64,000 nt of DNA from Octopus vulgaris (taxonomy: Eukaryota): contig OX597836.1 in the NCBI GenBank assembly GCA_951406725.2, positions 7,192,001 to 7,256,000 of the forward strand. The letters are read 5' to 3'. The position numbers and the translations under genes were made by a program. The notes beneath the pieces are model-generated. The model saw nothing but the letters and a program-made list of their open reading frames with translations, did not search any database and was not told the DNA's origin. Each line of letters opens with the position of its first letter. Position 1 is the first letter of the stretch. Below are positions 27,511 to 43,087 of the stretch, in pieces.

Positions 27511-27654
27511 TTAAGTGTGGTTCTCGACATTCTCTTTTTGTAATTCTTTCAATGGGATCTGATTTTCAACGGTCGAAAGGGGGCCTAAGTCGCCGACCGG
27601 CGTGCTGGAGCCATAACCCCCTTTGGAAGACATCTGGTACTGAATGCAAGTTAA
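27511..27654 (-). CDS. CDC42SE: CDC42SE third coding exon ([14 protein letters not shown]...ENHT*); exon continues to 27504
   Basis: Acceptor tttctcgtttttttccag|tta, conserved [11 protein letters not shown] at 27513-27511, donor atatcat|gtaagt 7 nt after the stop. Confidence 0.93.
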   Translation of the reverse strand, partial: LTCIQYQMSSKGGYGSSTPVGDLGPLSTVENQIPLKELQKENVENHT

Positions 27655-28614
27655 CTGGAAAAAAACGAGAAAAAAAAAAACCCAAAATTATCAACATGGG
27701 GGTCAGAGGACACAGGAAATTGTTATTTAGAAAATTATGGGATAGCAGCAGCAGCAGCAGAAGCAGAAGCAGCAGCAGCAGAAGAAAAAGAAGAAGAAGA
27801 AGAAGAGCAACATGAAATAAAATATTTAGCTCAAGAACAAAACACACCACCCAGTCTGGGAACTGAACACACGATCTGGCAATCTTAAGTGCAACACCCA
27901 AACCACCAGGCCATGTTCCAGTGATCTGATGAGCTGGCTATCTTTAATTGCATTGTTTTGTAAACATATAACCATTATTTCTTCCACCCTGAAATTAATA
28001 CTATACGAAGACGGTTGCGAAACAGCTGTAATCCTAAAGATGTCACATGGTAAAATAAATATATATATATATATATAACAACATATTGACCTACCATAAA
28101 TGGCTAATATAAGTAAAATGAGACTTACTTATCTACATGGCCGAAACAGCTGTAAAATGTAGTCTATATTTATATTTATATGTACTTATATTTACATTCT
28201 CTTATACATATTCTACTTATTGTATAACATTACTCCTTTATGTACACTGTTTTGTTCTACATTATTATGTTTAACCTTATAGTTTCTTATGTGGTGGTTT
28301 AATAAAGTATGCGATTGAGTATTATCTGGTAATTGATATTTGATTTAGATGTATTTCTCCATTTTCTTATTTTGTATATATATATATATATATATGTGTG
28401 TTTACTTCTCATACCTCCTGACTTCCATGGTTTATATACTCCCCTAGAAATAATTTCATTGGTTGGCTCTTCTGGATTTCAGTAGCATGGATGTTCTACG
28501 TTACACCTCCTTGTATTACATTACAATGTGGAATGTTAGCCGAGTCCGTAAGAAGAGCTTATTGTGATAACCACACGATTCTCAGCATTCACCTCTTATA
28601 CTACTCATTTATAC

Positions 28615-28691
<77 letters not shown>

Positions 28692-29590
28692 CAAAAGGTG
28701 GTGCTGAAAGAGACCCAAAGCAAATCAAATCTCAGGTGACAGCATGTTCTATGTTTATTTACTGCTTTTACCATCCTTAAAGACATTTCTTTTGTGAGGG
28801 TGGGGTGGGGGGGGTGGGGACGGCGTCGGTGGTGGTGGTGGTGGTCATCATCGTTGTCATATGACGACTACTATTACTACCACCACTACCACTGTTACTA
28901 ACACCACTGCTACTACTGATGTGGTGGAGCAGATGGAGGTGCGGGGGGGGGGGGGGGAAGTAGACCTGTCTGGCTGAGGTGATACGAATTGAAAATGAAG
29001 AATAGGAGAGGTGGGAGTAGGGAGTAGGGAGTAGGGAGAGGTATTGAAGGAGAGAAAGAGAGTAGGAGGAGTGCCTGAAGTAAATTCATACATGTATGCA
29101 TGTACGTGTGTGTGTGTACATGTGTGTGTGTACATGTGTGTGTACATGTGTGTGTACATGTGTGTGTGTGTATAATCATGGATAAAATCTTTATAAGGTT
29201 TTATCAAGTAACCAGCATGTAACAAACCATACAGGTAATAATTAATACAAGTATATATAATTATATAAATATAATTATAATAATAAGATGATAATAATAA
29301 TGGATAATTCTACATGCTAGAAATAGATGCCAAATGACTCTAAGAACTACAGTTATTTGCTCCATTAGCATGGATTATATATATCATTTAATGCACACAG
29401 TACAAAGATACAAGCTACTTGTAGTTTCTTGCTTTGAAGACATGTGTCTAGGCAGGCTTGTGTCTTCACAGCAAGAAACTAGTAATTCATATCTTTATAT
29501 TGAGTGCATTAAATGATATTTTGTCACTCACAGGATGGAGCACTTTTTGGGTTGAGCTTGCCATAACAAAATAGTCTCTGTGTGTTTATG

Positions 29591-29640
<50 letters not shown>

Positions 29641-29658
29641 CACATATATATATATATG

Positions 29659-29689
<31 letters not shown>

Positions 29690-30007
29690 CAGGGCTGTGG
29701 AGTAGGAGTCGTGGAGTCAGAAACAATTAAGGGGTAGTCAGAGTCGGTAAAACTATACCGACTCTGACTCCGACTCACAATATATTTACTCTTTAATATA
29801 AACCAGTTATAAGATATAGGCTTTCTCAAAGTACAAGCGTATGCATATGTGTTTATGAGATATGTAGACCACAATCACTTAATTACATAAAGAAGAGTCA
29901 GAGTCCGAGGTGCTAATAGTAGAGGAGTCGGAGTTGGAGTCGAAGTTATTTTGTTTTGATTCCACAGCCCTGATATATATACATATGTATATATATATGT
30001 ATGTATG

Positions 30008-30098
<91 letters not shown>

Positions 30099-30119
30099 GT
30101 ATATGTGTGTGTGTGTGTG

Positions 30120-30164
<45 letters not shown>

Positions 30165-30202
30165 GTTGTATATGTATATGTGTGTGTGTGTGTGTGTGTA
30201 TG

Positions 30203-30237
<35 letters not shown>

Positions 30238-32310
30238 ATATATATATGTATATAGGGGAATTTGTTTGAAAAGGTGGAGTCATTTTTAAATTTTGTAATA
30301 GATTTATCCAAATACCAAACCAGTTTTGACAATTTTCTGCTTATCAGTGATAAAAATATATAAATAAGAGGGTTTAGAAGAGCTTAAAGTAACAAAGTAA
30401 AATTGGGAAAGACATGTCAAATATTCAAATGTTTGCAGAAATTTCAATGAATTTCACAGAGATAGACAGTAATATAAGTGCAAATGTCCATGACAGTCCG
30501 TGATAATTCTCCTGGACTAGAGCTAAGCAGACCTGTGGTTAAACAAGGAAGGACACAGATAAAGCATGTTTGGGCTGTTACACTATGTATGTAAAAGGAC
30601 AGGATGGTCACATATGGAACATCCATGAAATTAATTTTCCTGGACCAGAGCTAAGCAGACCCGTGGTTACACAGCAACAAGGAAGGACAGAGACGAAACA
30701 TGTTTGAGCTGTTACACTATGCATGAATATAAAGCAGGATGGTCATGGCTGGAACATCTATAAGCCATGGGCATGCTGGATCAAGGCCAACTAACACCTC
30801 AGCAACCACCAGCACCACCAGCACACACTTAAAATATTTCACTAACAAAAACCAGAATAATCCGCATGAAATGGCAAGAATGCTAAATTCCTTATTCTCT
30901 CAGAAATTCTAAACGAATCTCTCCACCTAACTTCACATTATCCAAATTCATTTTGGGAGTGTCTACATTTCAATTTCCTATTTAACGATGATACTTTAAT
31001 TATCCAAATAAGTGCAATAATTATTCTCAAAGACTCATTATTTCTCCCATTTGAGATCAGCGAATGTGACCAGCAAATGCTCTAATTTTTTGGGGTTTTT
31101 TTTTTACTGGTTTCAACTACTGGACTGGACTGTGGCCATACTGGGACATTGCCTTGAAGTGACAAATAAATAGAGACACCAGTGCTTATTTTCAAATCTG
31201 GTACTTACTCTGTCAGTCTCTTTTGCCCAACCGCTAAGTGATGGGGATATAATCAAACCAACACCAGTATATATATATATATATAAACAGGCTTCTGCAC
31301 AGTTTTCATCTACAAAATTTGCTCACAAGGCTTTGGTCAGCCCAGGACTCTTGTAGAAGACCCTTGCTTGAGATGCCACACAGCAGGACTGGGCTTGAAA
31401 CTATGAGGTTGCAAAACAAGGTTCTTAACCACACAGCCATGGTTGAGTCTATAATGAGTAATTCTGAAGTAGGATTGGTTGTTATTATTAGCAGATCAAG
31501 TGGAACACATAAAGAACTTTCTTGTTGGTTTGTAAACAAAAAAGAATGGATTTCTTTTTCTTTTTCTTTTTTTTTTGTAAGTGGAATTCTAAATATAGGA
31601 GAAGAAAAATGGATGTTTTCCTGAGAAATATAAGATTTCCTCAGTAAAGATCACATGACCAATTGATCAGCTATGAAGAAGAGTAACAACAGGAGAAGAA
31701 AAGGAGTAGTAGGTGGAGGAGGAGGAGAGCAGGGATGAGTAATGTTCTCCGACAGGGAAACATATTTGTTGACTGCTGACCCAACCGAGATAACAGCTGG
31801 CTGGCCACAATTGCTTTTGCTGTGTCAGCGCCATCATAACAGGATCGGTCTTCACATGAAGAGCGCCAGATAGGATTGGTTCAATGGTTGGAGAAGAAGG
31901 GAGAAAGAGAGGGAAAAAAAAATGAAGAAGAAATGGCAGAGAGAGAGAGAGACAGACAGAGAAATTAAGGCATGATGGTGAAGAATGTGGACGTTGTGTG
32001 ATATTAATTACACTTGCAATCTAGGTAGAATTTCAACAACAACTTATGTTTCAAAACAACAAAACAATAGCTAATTACCTAACTTAACGAGGGAAATTAA
32101 AACGAAGTAGATCACATGAGAAAGAGTTGAGTTAAGGAATGTTTGTGGTGGATAAATAATAACGCTCGCAGATTCTGCCATGTTGTTCCTTTATTCATTC
32201 CATTAAGCAAAACTAACTGACAATGATGAGAGCATTGCATCTTGTAGCAGAAACAGCTATAAGCTTATGAGATGTATAGCTAAATTTATCGTTCCTTTGT
32301 TCTGAAGCAT

Positions 32311-32356
<46 letters not shown>

Positions 32357-32401
32357 ACTGAGTTCTAACACCAGATTATTAGTATCACTATGCCTAAACA
32401 A

Positions 32402-32432
<31 letters not shown>

Positions 32433-32709
32433 GTTTCAAATTTTGCCACAAGGGCAGCAATTTTAGGGGACGGGATGAATCAATTACATTGACCCCAGTG
32501 TTCAACTGGTACTTATTTTATTGACCCCCCCACCATCTTGAAAAGATGAAAGGTAAAGTCGACCTCGGCAGAATTTGAACTCAGAATGTAGCAACAGGCA
32601 AAATTCCACTAAGCATTTCGCCCGGTGTGCTAACGGTTCTGCCAGCTTGCCGTCCAAATAATAATGATAATATATACTCATAGATATACACATAAATACA
32701 CGTATATAC

Positions 32710-32745
<36 letters not shown>

Positions 32746-32991
32746 TAACATATATAGATATAGATATATATATACTCTTTACCCTTTACTCTTTTACTTG
32801 TTTCAGTCATGTGACTGTGGCCATGCTGGAGCACCGCCTTTAGTCGATCAAATCGACCCCAGGACTTATTTTTTGTAAGCCTAGTACTTATTTTATCGGT
32901 CTCTTTTTGCCGAACCGCTAAGTTACGGGGACGTAAACACACCAGCATCGGTTGTCAAGCGATGTTGGGGGGACAAACACAGACAAACACG

Positions 32992-33037
<46 letters not shown>

Positions 33038-35283
33038 CGACAGGCTTCTTTCAGTTTCCGTCTACCAAATCCACTCACAAGGCATTGGTCGGCCCAGGGC
33101 TATAGCAGAAGACACTTGCCCAAGATGCCATGCAGTGGGACTGAACCCGGAACCATGTGGTTGGTTAGCAAGCTACGGGAAAGTTTACGAAAATAAACAA
33201 AAGACGAAGGCAGGTGGAGTACAAACAAACAAATGTATTAGTATAGTGCTCAGGAATAGAAATAGGAAAAGTCTTTTACGTTTCGAGCCTATGCTCTTCG
33301 ACAGAAAAATACACAGAAAAAAACAAGGAGAGAAAAAAATGTGTGTAGGAGCTAACGATCTATCATGGCGTCATATATATATATATATATATGGGGTGAT
33401 TATAATTAAAATAAGCAACAAGGATATCCAGAGGTAATGCAGTATGATTGTTTCAAGTGACTCCATTTAATTGGGTGCCTTTAACTTAAGTACCATATTC
33501 AACTGAATCTAAATTTTACTGAACTTATACATATATATATATATATTTTTAATCAGGATCCCTTAATTCCCAAATGCAACAGATGTACTTACATGCTTTC
33601 TATTTTCTTCTTCCTCAGATATGTCAAAGCTCCTATTTCCTACCTCACCAGACCCTACATGTCCCGTGTGTTGGAAATTTGTTGGTAGACCTATCATACT
33701 TGCATCAATTTTTCTTCGCCGCCTCTTTTGCTGGAAAATAACAATAAAAATGTAAATAAATCATAAGCGTGCATACGTACATGCGAGCATGTGTGTGTGT
33801 GTGTGTTATTCAATTTTGAAGTTCTGATGAAGCTATAAGATGATACACAAGCACACAACTATGAGAACATTGCACCCTATAGCAGAAACAGCTGTAAGGA
33901 AATTAAGCTAATTACATAATTTATTGTTTCTTTGCCATTTGTATAATCTCATATTCATGCATGCATGGAAGTTGGAGATTAAATTATGATGATGATATAT
34001 ACACAAACATATATACATATATACACACACACACATATATATATAAATACATTAGTGATGATCAGTGACAATGATTATCACTAATGTATCCACATTGGTG
34101 GATAAATACTTACTTTTTTAGATTTTTGACACTACCTTAAGTTTCATACATTAACACTTGACAATTTTCTATTGCGCCTCTTAAAATATGAAGGATAATG
34201 TCATGATATGTCATGTCATGTTATATATGTAATGTCAGTGTGCACACATGACAGCGTGTAAGTGACCTGAGAGAAATGTTGGACATAAGAAGCATCAGAT
34301 GTAGTGTGCAAGGAGGAGGGGAGGGGAGGAGGAGGAGGATAATTGCTATAGGTCAGCCTATGCTGAGTGGATCTGTTGCACAAGGCACTCCAGTCATGAC
34401 AATCCCCCTCATCCTTTTATGGCTACATTATCCGGTGTGTCCCTTTTCTGACTAAAGGTAATGAGATGTGATTTGGGGGAAAATTGGCTATTTTTAGGCA
34501 GTCGAGCAACCAGACATGGGTGCCTGATGACAGCAGCGATGACAATGATGATGACAATGAAGTTGGTGGTTGCATTGATGATGGTGATGATGATGATGTC
34601 AGTGATGATGCTGGGGGTAGTGGTGCTGAAAATGATTACGACAATGATGATGATGGTGATGATGATGGCAATGATGACAATAGCAGTGATAGTTATAGTA
34701 GCAACATTGAGGATGATGATGATGATGGTGGTGGTGGTGATGATGATGATGGTAATGATGATGATGGTGATGATGATGATGGTGATGATGATGATGGTGA
34801 TGATAATGATGGTGATGATGATGATGATGATGATGATGATGGTGATGATAATGATGGTGATGATGATGATGGTGATGATAATGATGGTGATGAAGATGAT
34901 GGTGATGATAATGATGGTGATGATGAGGAGGACATGCTGTCATCACCAAGCATGAATGATGCTATTCAAAGTAATGAAGATGAAATATTGCAGCTAAAAA
35001 CTTCTAAAAGAAAAACGGAACAGCAGAAACTGCACCGAGCGCTGAGCACAACACCCTTCATCATCATCATCATCACCATCATCATCGTTTACCGTCCTCA
35101 TTTCCATGCTTGCACAGATCGGACAAGTGTTCCTGCAACCGACCGTCACCTGTTTTCAAGAATGGTAAGATTTTCCCACTAAAGACTGAAAACAGACATT
35201 CTCAATGGTATGATGGTGATGGCCATTTATGGTCGTCACATGATATTAAGAAAAAAATACACTGCACCACCACCACACACAAA

Positions 35284-35317
<34 letters not shown>

Positions 35318-36078
35318 TTAAATAATGAGGGAGATAAATTGAATATAGCCTAGCAAATAAAAAAATCTGAAAAATCTGAAAAAAAAATTTTCTCAAATCT
35401 ATATATATATATATATCATCATCATCATCATCATCATCATCATTTAGCGTCCGCTTTCCATGCTAGCATGGGTTGGACGGTTCAACTGGGGTCTGGGAAG
35501 CCAGAAGGCTGCATCAGGCCCAGTCTGATCTGGCAGTGTTTCTACGGCTTGAGGCGATGGTACACAAGCACCGGTTGCATTGGACTGGACACCTTATTAG
35601 AATGGAGGATAGAAGGATTCCTAAGCAGATGCTCTATGGAGAACTTGTGAATGAAAGGAGACTCCGGCAGAAACCAAGGCTGCGATTTAAGGACTGTGTC
35701 AAGTCCTTGTTAAAGACCTTTGATATGCAGGACACTGACTGGGAGAACAATGCCTGTCATTGCCACAGATGGAGGAAGCAGGTTAAGGAGGGGATCGACA
35801 CTTTTGAGAGAGCACGTATCCAGAGAGAGCACCATCGAATGTTGATCCTCACAGAGGCAATGACAACATCTCTGGAGATATGCTGTGAATTAAGCGAGCT
35901 GCGCGAAAGCGCACGGCTCGTATAGTGAATGGGGAAAGCTTGGTCTGCAATGTTTGCAGTCGTGTGTGCTTGTCAAGAGCAGGGCTCATTAGCCACCAAC
36001 GGAGCCGCAAATGCAAAATATAAGTTAGTCCTAGAGCGCACAATGTTCCTGAAGGTCGGCAATGGTCTTCCTCGGTCA

Positions 36079-36132
<54 letters not shown>

Positions 36133-37808
36133 AGCATGAGAAATGTTGGACATAAGAAGCATCAGATGTGGTGTGCAAGAGAGACGACTGCGCTGGTATG
36201 GTCATGTGCTGTGTGAAAATATGTCGCTCCCTAACAGTGGAAGGAACCCATGGAAGAGGGAGACCCAGGAAGATATGGGATGAGGTGATGAAGCACAACC
36301 TTCGAATGTTGATCCTCACAGAGGCAATGACAAGATCTCTGGAGATATGCTGTGAATGAGAAGACCCGGCAAGCAAAGTGAGATCACAGCCGTAGTCTAT
36401 ACCAGTGTCGCATAACCAGCCCATTTAAAAAGTACTTTTGAATCAACGGGTGACACACCATGCTTGAGGGGACCTATTGAATCAAGTAAAATCTAAAATC
36501 AAAACCAAAATCCCAATCAGAATCCCAATGGAATTGAAATCAAAAATGGAAATTATAGTTGTGGCCAATGCCAGTGCCACCTGACAGGTCCCCGTGCCAG
36601 TGACACGTAAAAAACACCATCTGAATGGGGTCGACGCCAGTGCTGCCTAACTGGCTCCCGTGCAGGTGGCATGTAAAAAGCACCCACTACACTCTCGGAG
36701 TGGTTGGCATTAGGAAGGGCATCCAGCTGTAGAAACCTTGCAAGATCAAATTGGAGCCTGGCGCAGCCTCCTAGCTTGCCAGTCACCAGTCAAACCATCC
36801 AACCCATGCCAGCATGGAAAACAGATTTTAAACAATGATGATGATATGATGGATTCTCCTGTCATGAACAACAAATGAGGGTTTAGTAAAACAAAGTGGT
36901 AATCATGTTCTATGGAGACGCATGTGCTTCTTGAGGCCTGTTGGTGCCTTGCAAGTCTTTTTGTGTTGAGGACTCAGATTGCTTGAGTGCTTGTGGATCA
37001 TTTGGTATGTGTTTCCTGGAGTGGACACCAAGGCCTGCTTTGTTCTGTGTCACAAAACCACAATGACAGGTGAGGTTTTCATTTAGAGGAGCAGCATTTT
37101 GCCAGCCTGCCTTCATGCTTGCAGGAAGTTGGTCAAAATGCTGGAGTCAACTTAGCTCGAATCTTTGAACTGAGAAGAAGCAAGACTGGTGCCAGGTCCT
37201 GCGTTCTGATGCTTTGTTTACACAGGAAGAAAAGGGTAGGCTGCATTGCTCCATACTGTCTTTTAGTTTGTCTTTGAAGCAAAAGAGTTTATGTATTTTC
37301 TTTTATTTTTTTTTTTACTTGTTTCATTCATTTCTCTGCAGCCATGCTGGAGCACCACCATAAAGGGTTTTTAGCTGAAGAAATAGACCCCAGAACTTAT
37401 TCTTTGTAAGCCTATTAGCATGTCAAGCAAAAGGTTTAGAGGGATCTCATCTGTCTTTATGTTATGAATTGAAATTCCAAGGTCAACTTTGCCTTTCATC
37501 CATTTGGGATCAATAAATCAAGTACCAGCTGGAAATTGGGTCAATGTAATCAATTTACTCCCTCCCCTGAAACTGCTAGTCTTGTGCCAAATTTTGAAAC
37601 CAAAATATATATATGTGCACACACACACACATACACACACAGGGTCTTCTTTCAGTTTCTGCCGACCATATCCACTCGTAGGCTTTGGTCATCTCAGGGC
37701 TATAGAAGACACTTGCCCAAGGTGCTGCACAGAGGGACTGACCGGAAACCATGTGACTGTAATACAAGCTTTTCAGCCACACACCCATGCCTGTGCTTAT
37801 CTATTTCC

Positions 37809-37845
<37 letters not shown>

Positions 37846-38688
37846 TCTGTCAACACACACGCACATACAAAACACACACAGACACACAGAGGAAAAAAAA
37901 CTGACAACTTGTTGATCTTACACAAAAACATTTGTGAAATTCTTCACTTACCATTCCACCAAGTGGAAACTATTAACTCTCACCACAAAACATTAGAACA
38001 GATTATTTCCTTCCATTTGTCTCCGTTCCAATTATTTGATAGACGAAAGGATTTCTATTTCAACGCCATCTGTTCTTTACCATTTTCTGACGGAAGTAGG
38101 GTGCCAGAGTCAGTTTTAGCAGGCTATCTTTTACAACACATAACTCTAAGCATTCTACAAATGACAAGAATTCAGTTTCAAATATGCTTCACCTCAAAAC
38201 TACCCTTCCAAAGACTAAACAGCTGCCATGCTGCCACAGAGGAAAAGACGGGATGGTGCTGAAGTCTTCATACCAAAAAAGAAAACAAATATGACTCAAA
38301 GATTTCATGACTCCATATTTTGGTTCATCATCATCATCATCATCATTGTTTAACATCCGCTTTCCATGCTAGCATGGGTTGGACGATTTGACTGAGGTCT
38401 GGCAAACCAGATGGTTGCACCGGGCTCCAGTCTTGATCTGGCAGGGTTTCTACACCTGGATACCCTTCCTAATGCCAACCACTCCGAGAGAAAATTCAAC
38501 CATTGGAGTTGATATAGGTTAATACATAACATGGAGACAAGCATGGATAAGTGGTTGTGAAGCTTCCCAACCACATGGTCTCAGGTTCAATCCACTGAGT
38601 GGCATCTTAGGCAAGTGTCCTTTATTATATAGCTCAGGTTCAAATCAAAATCTTGTGAGTAAAACTGAAAGAAGCCCATCATATATAT

Positions 38689-38728
<40 letters not shown>

Positions 38729-39000
38729 CTTACCATCTGCTTTCCATGCTGGCATGGGCTGGATGATTTGACAGAGGACTTGTGAGCCATAGGCTGCACC
38801 AGGCTCCAATCTGATCTGGCAAAGTTTCTACAGCTGGATGCCCTTCCTAATGCCAACTACTCCGAGAGTGTAGTGGGTGCTTTTACATGCCACCAACATG
38901 AGGGCCAGTCAAGCAGTTCTGACAACGGCCATGCTCAAAAGGTGTTTTTTACGAGCAACCTGCACAGGAATGAGTCTGGCAACACTGGCAACAACCACGC

Positions 39001-39065
<65 letters not shown>

Positions 39066-39684
39066 GGTGCGATGAGCAAATTATCGCCATTTTATGTTTT
39101 TAATTTTGTGCATGTGCATTGTTTGTTTTTGATTTTGTCACTTACACAGTATAGTAGAGTCAGTTGGGCACTGTCTGCGCGAAAAATATTACCTTGACAC
39201 AATTCTCTCTGCCAAAAATTTGTGAACAACATACTGTATTGTTTGGCATTTGCACCGGAAGCTCCAGTATGAACATTTCAGAGTGCCTGAGTGTCAATCT
39301 GAGAACATGTACTGAGAGTGATAAAAATAAAACATCTTGTCAACATCATAGTGTTTGGAGTGATCACTAGAGGTGGCAACATTATGTCTCCATTCATCTC
39401 CCTACATGGCTTCAGAGTCAATACGGGGGGCATATGTCAAGTGCCTGGAGGAGGTAGGGTTGCCCTGGGTCGAGAGGGTGACTGCTGGAAGACCCTATGT
39501 CTGGCAACAGGACTCTGCACCAGGCGACACAAGCAGGAGAACCGAATCATGGCTGTCAGCCAATTTCTGCCACCACATCACCCCTAACATCTGGCCACCT
39601 GACTCCCCAGACTGCAACCACCTTGATTATTATGTGTAGGGCACAGTTGAGTGAAAGACCAACAAAACTCCCTAACTTTATATG

Positions 39685-39724
<40 letters not shown>

Positions 39725-41232
39725 TTTCTGTGTGTTTGTCTTCCATCCACCTACTTGAGAACCGGTATTGGGGTGTTTATGTTCCAGCAGCAGTTCAGCA
39801 TAAGAGACTGATAAAATGTCAGGCTTCAAAAAATTAAGTAGTTAGGGATCATTTCAGCTAAAATTCTTCACAGCAGTGCCCTAGCATGGCTGCAGTCTAA
39901 TGAATAAAACAAGTAAAATATAATGTACTTTGTGGAAATCTAACTGCTGTTTCTAGCAGTCCAAAAGACCACATCATCTCACTGCTTCAGTTTTAAGAAG
40001 GCTTGGATTTTGGGTTGTCTTTGTTTTTTCTTTTTACAATCAACAGAAGCACATGGTGAGCAACAACAAGTGATAGTGGAGGCGCAATGGCCCAGTGGTT
40101 AGGGCAGTGGACTCGTGGTCGTAAGAACGCAGTTTCGATTCCCAGACTCGGCATTGTGAGTGTTTATTGAGCAAAACCACCTAAGCTCCACGAGTCTCCG
40201 GCGGGCGGTGAACCTCGCTGTACTCTTTCACCACAACTTTCTCTCTCTTTCTTCCTACATCTGCCACAAAGCAGAGGACCCATGGTGTAACCCACTATGG
40301 TGTGGTAAACTTTCAGACCCTAGTCTAGATCGCGAATCCTCTGTACCCCAGGATGGTTCAGCTCTCCACCCGTTAAAAGCCACCATTTACAGAATGAGGA
40401 TAACAACGTAGCTTTCGGACCCGTGTAACCGCCAGTCTATCGCGTGTGGTGGGTGGATCTTCAAGTTGCCACATGCATTCTTAGGAGCTTAGAGTAGGCT
40501 CGAGTTAGAGATTATTCTTTGTGGCTAATGGTGTGAGTCCTGATTGGAAGAAGAAGACAACAATTGATATTCTAATTAAGCATAGGTGCAGGTGTGGCTG
40601 CATGTTCTGACTAAAATCTGAGACACCAGACGTAACCTTAAAAAGCAAGTTATATTTTAATTCTAGCAAAATACACAGAGTAAAGAAATAACCTTCCAGC
40701 CATAGCTCACAGTTCAAACAAAAAAGAATACAACTGAAGACATTTTAAAAATGTTTCACTAACATTTGAGACACCAGATGTAGCCTTAAAAACAAGTAAT
40801 ATTTGAACTGTAGCAAACACTTGGTTTTAAGAGATATAACGCAAGTAATATAAATTATATTACATCATTTGAGTGATTTCTATCTCTTAAAACCAAAGAG
40901 TTCACTTGTATTAAAGCAAAACTTAGTTCATAGGGCTAAGTATAGCATCTCTGGTAGTGTTTTATATGTGTGTGTGTATTGCTAAGATGAAAATATTAGC
41001 CCAATTATATATACCAAATAACCGATAAGATTAAGTAGACAAGGCACCCAATTATACATGTATACATACACAGAAAATATATATGTGTTTATTTATTTAT
41101 ATATTTAATGAAATTCTTCTCAGCCATTTGAGGGTAAAAACTAGGAGAGAGGAAGAGAAATTTCATACTTTGACTAAGCAATCACTGACTTTGTAAAACA
41201 CACATGCCAACCACACACATTCAATAATAGAT

Positions 41233-41273
<41 letters not shown>

Positions 41274-41698
41274 CACACACACAAATACAAGGACACAAGG
41301 GACATATTTCAAACACACACACACACACACACACAAGCAGACATACTTGCAGCAAACAGAAATACACACAAATACATAAATAGACATTTTTCAACACACA
41401 CACACATTCAATAATAGATATATACACACACACACACAAATACAACCACACACACACAAACACACTCACACACAAATACAAGGACACAAGGGACATATTT
41501 CAAACACACACACACACAAGTGGACATACTTGCAGCAAATACAAATACACACGCAATACATAAAAAGACATTTTTCAACACACACAGACACAGAGGCTAC
41601 AAGCACCAACACAAACACAAATACACGCATACTTTCGGCACATACACACACACACCCTAAGACACACGCAAATACATATTTGTAGTAAACACAAATAG

Positions 41699-41729
<31 letters not shown>

Positions 41730-42031
41730 TAACTAAGGCATACTTTTAGCAAGCACATGCATGCTCATATACACACACAACAAGCACAGATACACACACA
41801 GACACACACACACACACGTACTTGAGGAATGCTGCCTCCCTCCCTCGCCCCTCTCCCCACATATTTCAATATCAAATGGAGAAAAAAAACATTAAAAATG
41901 TCCGATAAAGACTGCTTCTTTTCTATAATATTTTCAATTATGGAAGCGGCGTGGTGCTTGAGGGGGGGGCGGGGCGGTGAGGTGTTGAGCTAATTTCTGC
42001 TGTTGCCGCTGTCTTTCAGAATTAAGGTCTA

Positions 42032-42068
<37 letters not shown>

Positions 42069-43051
42069 ACACACACACACACACACACACACGCGCACAC
42101 GCAGGCAGAGAGGCATCTGAAGAATTCCAGCAATCATTCTTGTGGTATTTGTCACAGACACATATCGCTACACAGTTCCACTATTGTGAAGTTTATCTCA
42201 GAGACTGAAAACTCTTTAAGTCGGTCGATTGTTGGCTTCGGGTTCTACGAGCGAGACAGTTTGGTAAAAGCCATCTTGTTCCATTGGAAGTGGAACAGTC
42301 ATGCAGTGTGTGTGTGTGTGTGTGTGTGTCTATATAAATACCCACATGTATATGCCTATATATCTATATATATACATATAAATATACATATATACATACA
42401 TATATACATACATATAAACATATATATATATATTCTTTTTTTTTTTTTCTTTTACTTGTTTCAGTCATTTGACTGCGGCCATGCTGGAGCACTGCCTTTA
42501 GTCGAGCAACTCGACCCCGGGACTTATTCTTTGTAAGCCCAGTACTTATTCTATCGGTCTCTTTTGCCGAACCGCTAAGTAATGGGGACATAAACACACA
42601 CGCACATACATATATACGATGGGCTTCTTTCAGTTTCCATCTGCCAAATGCACTCACAAGGCTTTGGTCGGCCCGAGGCTATAGTAGAAGACACTTGCCC
42701 AAGGTGCCACACAGTGGGGACTGAACCCGGAACCATGTGGTTGGTAAACAAGCTACTTACCACACAGCCACTGCTGCGCCTATATATGTATATATATATA
42801 TATATATATGTATATAAATATATGTGTGTATGTGTAAACACATATACATAAGTATACAAAACAGACACACACATATAGGCACAGGCATGGTTGTGTGGTA
42901 AAAAGCTTACTTCCCAACCACATGGTTCAGGGTTCAGTCCCTACTGCTATAGCTTTGGTCTGACCAAAGCCTTGTGAGTGGATTTGGCAGATGGAAACTG
43001 AAAGAAGCCTGATGTACATGTATGTATGTGTGAGTGTATGTATGCATATGT

Positions 43052-43087
<36 letters not shown>

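Noticed and set aside
33694-33730. 31-nt micro-exon using GCAA|GTATGA
   Set aside because: Would frameshift and remove the CRIB motif; the frame continues through conserved residues to a better donor.
34461-35182. 232-aa Asp-rich and 164-aa Met-rich ORFs
   Set aside because: Translations of a (GAT)n microsatellite open in several frames on both strands; no splice or domain support.
37489-38262. Longest ORF in the track (257 aa)
   Set aside because: Runs through SINE fragments and CA/CT/TA microsatellites, non-ATG start, no recognisable domain, antisense within the CDC42SE intron.
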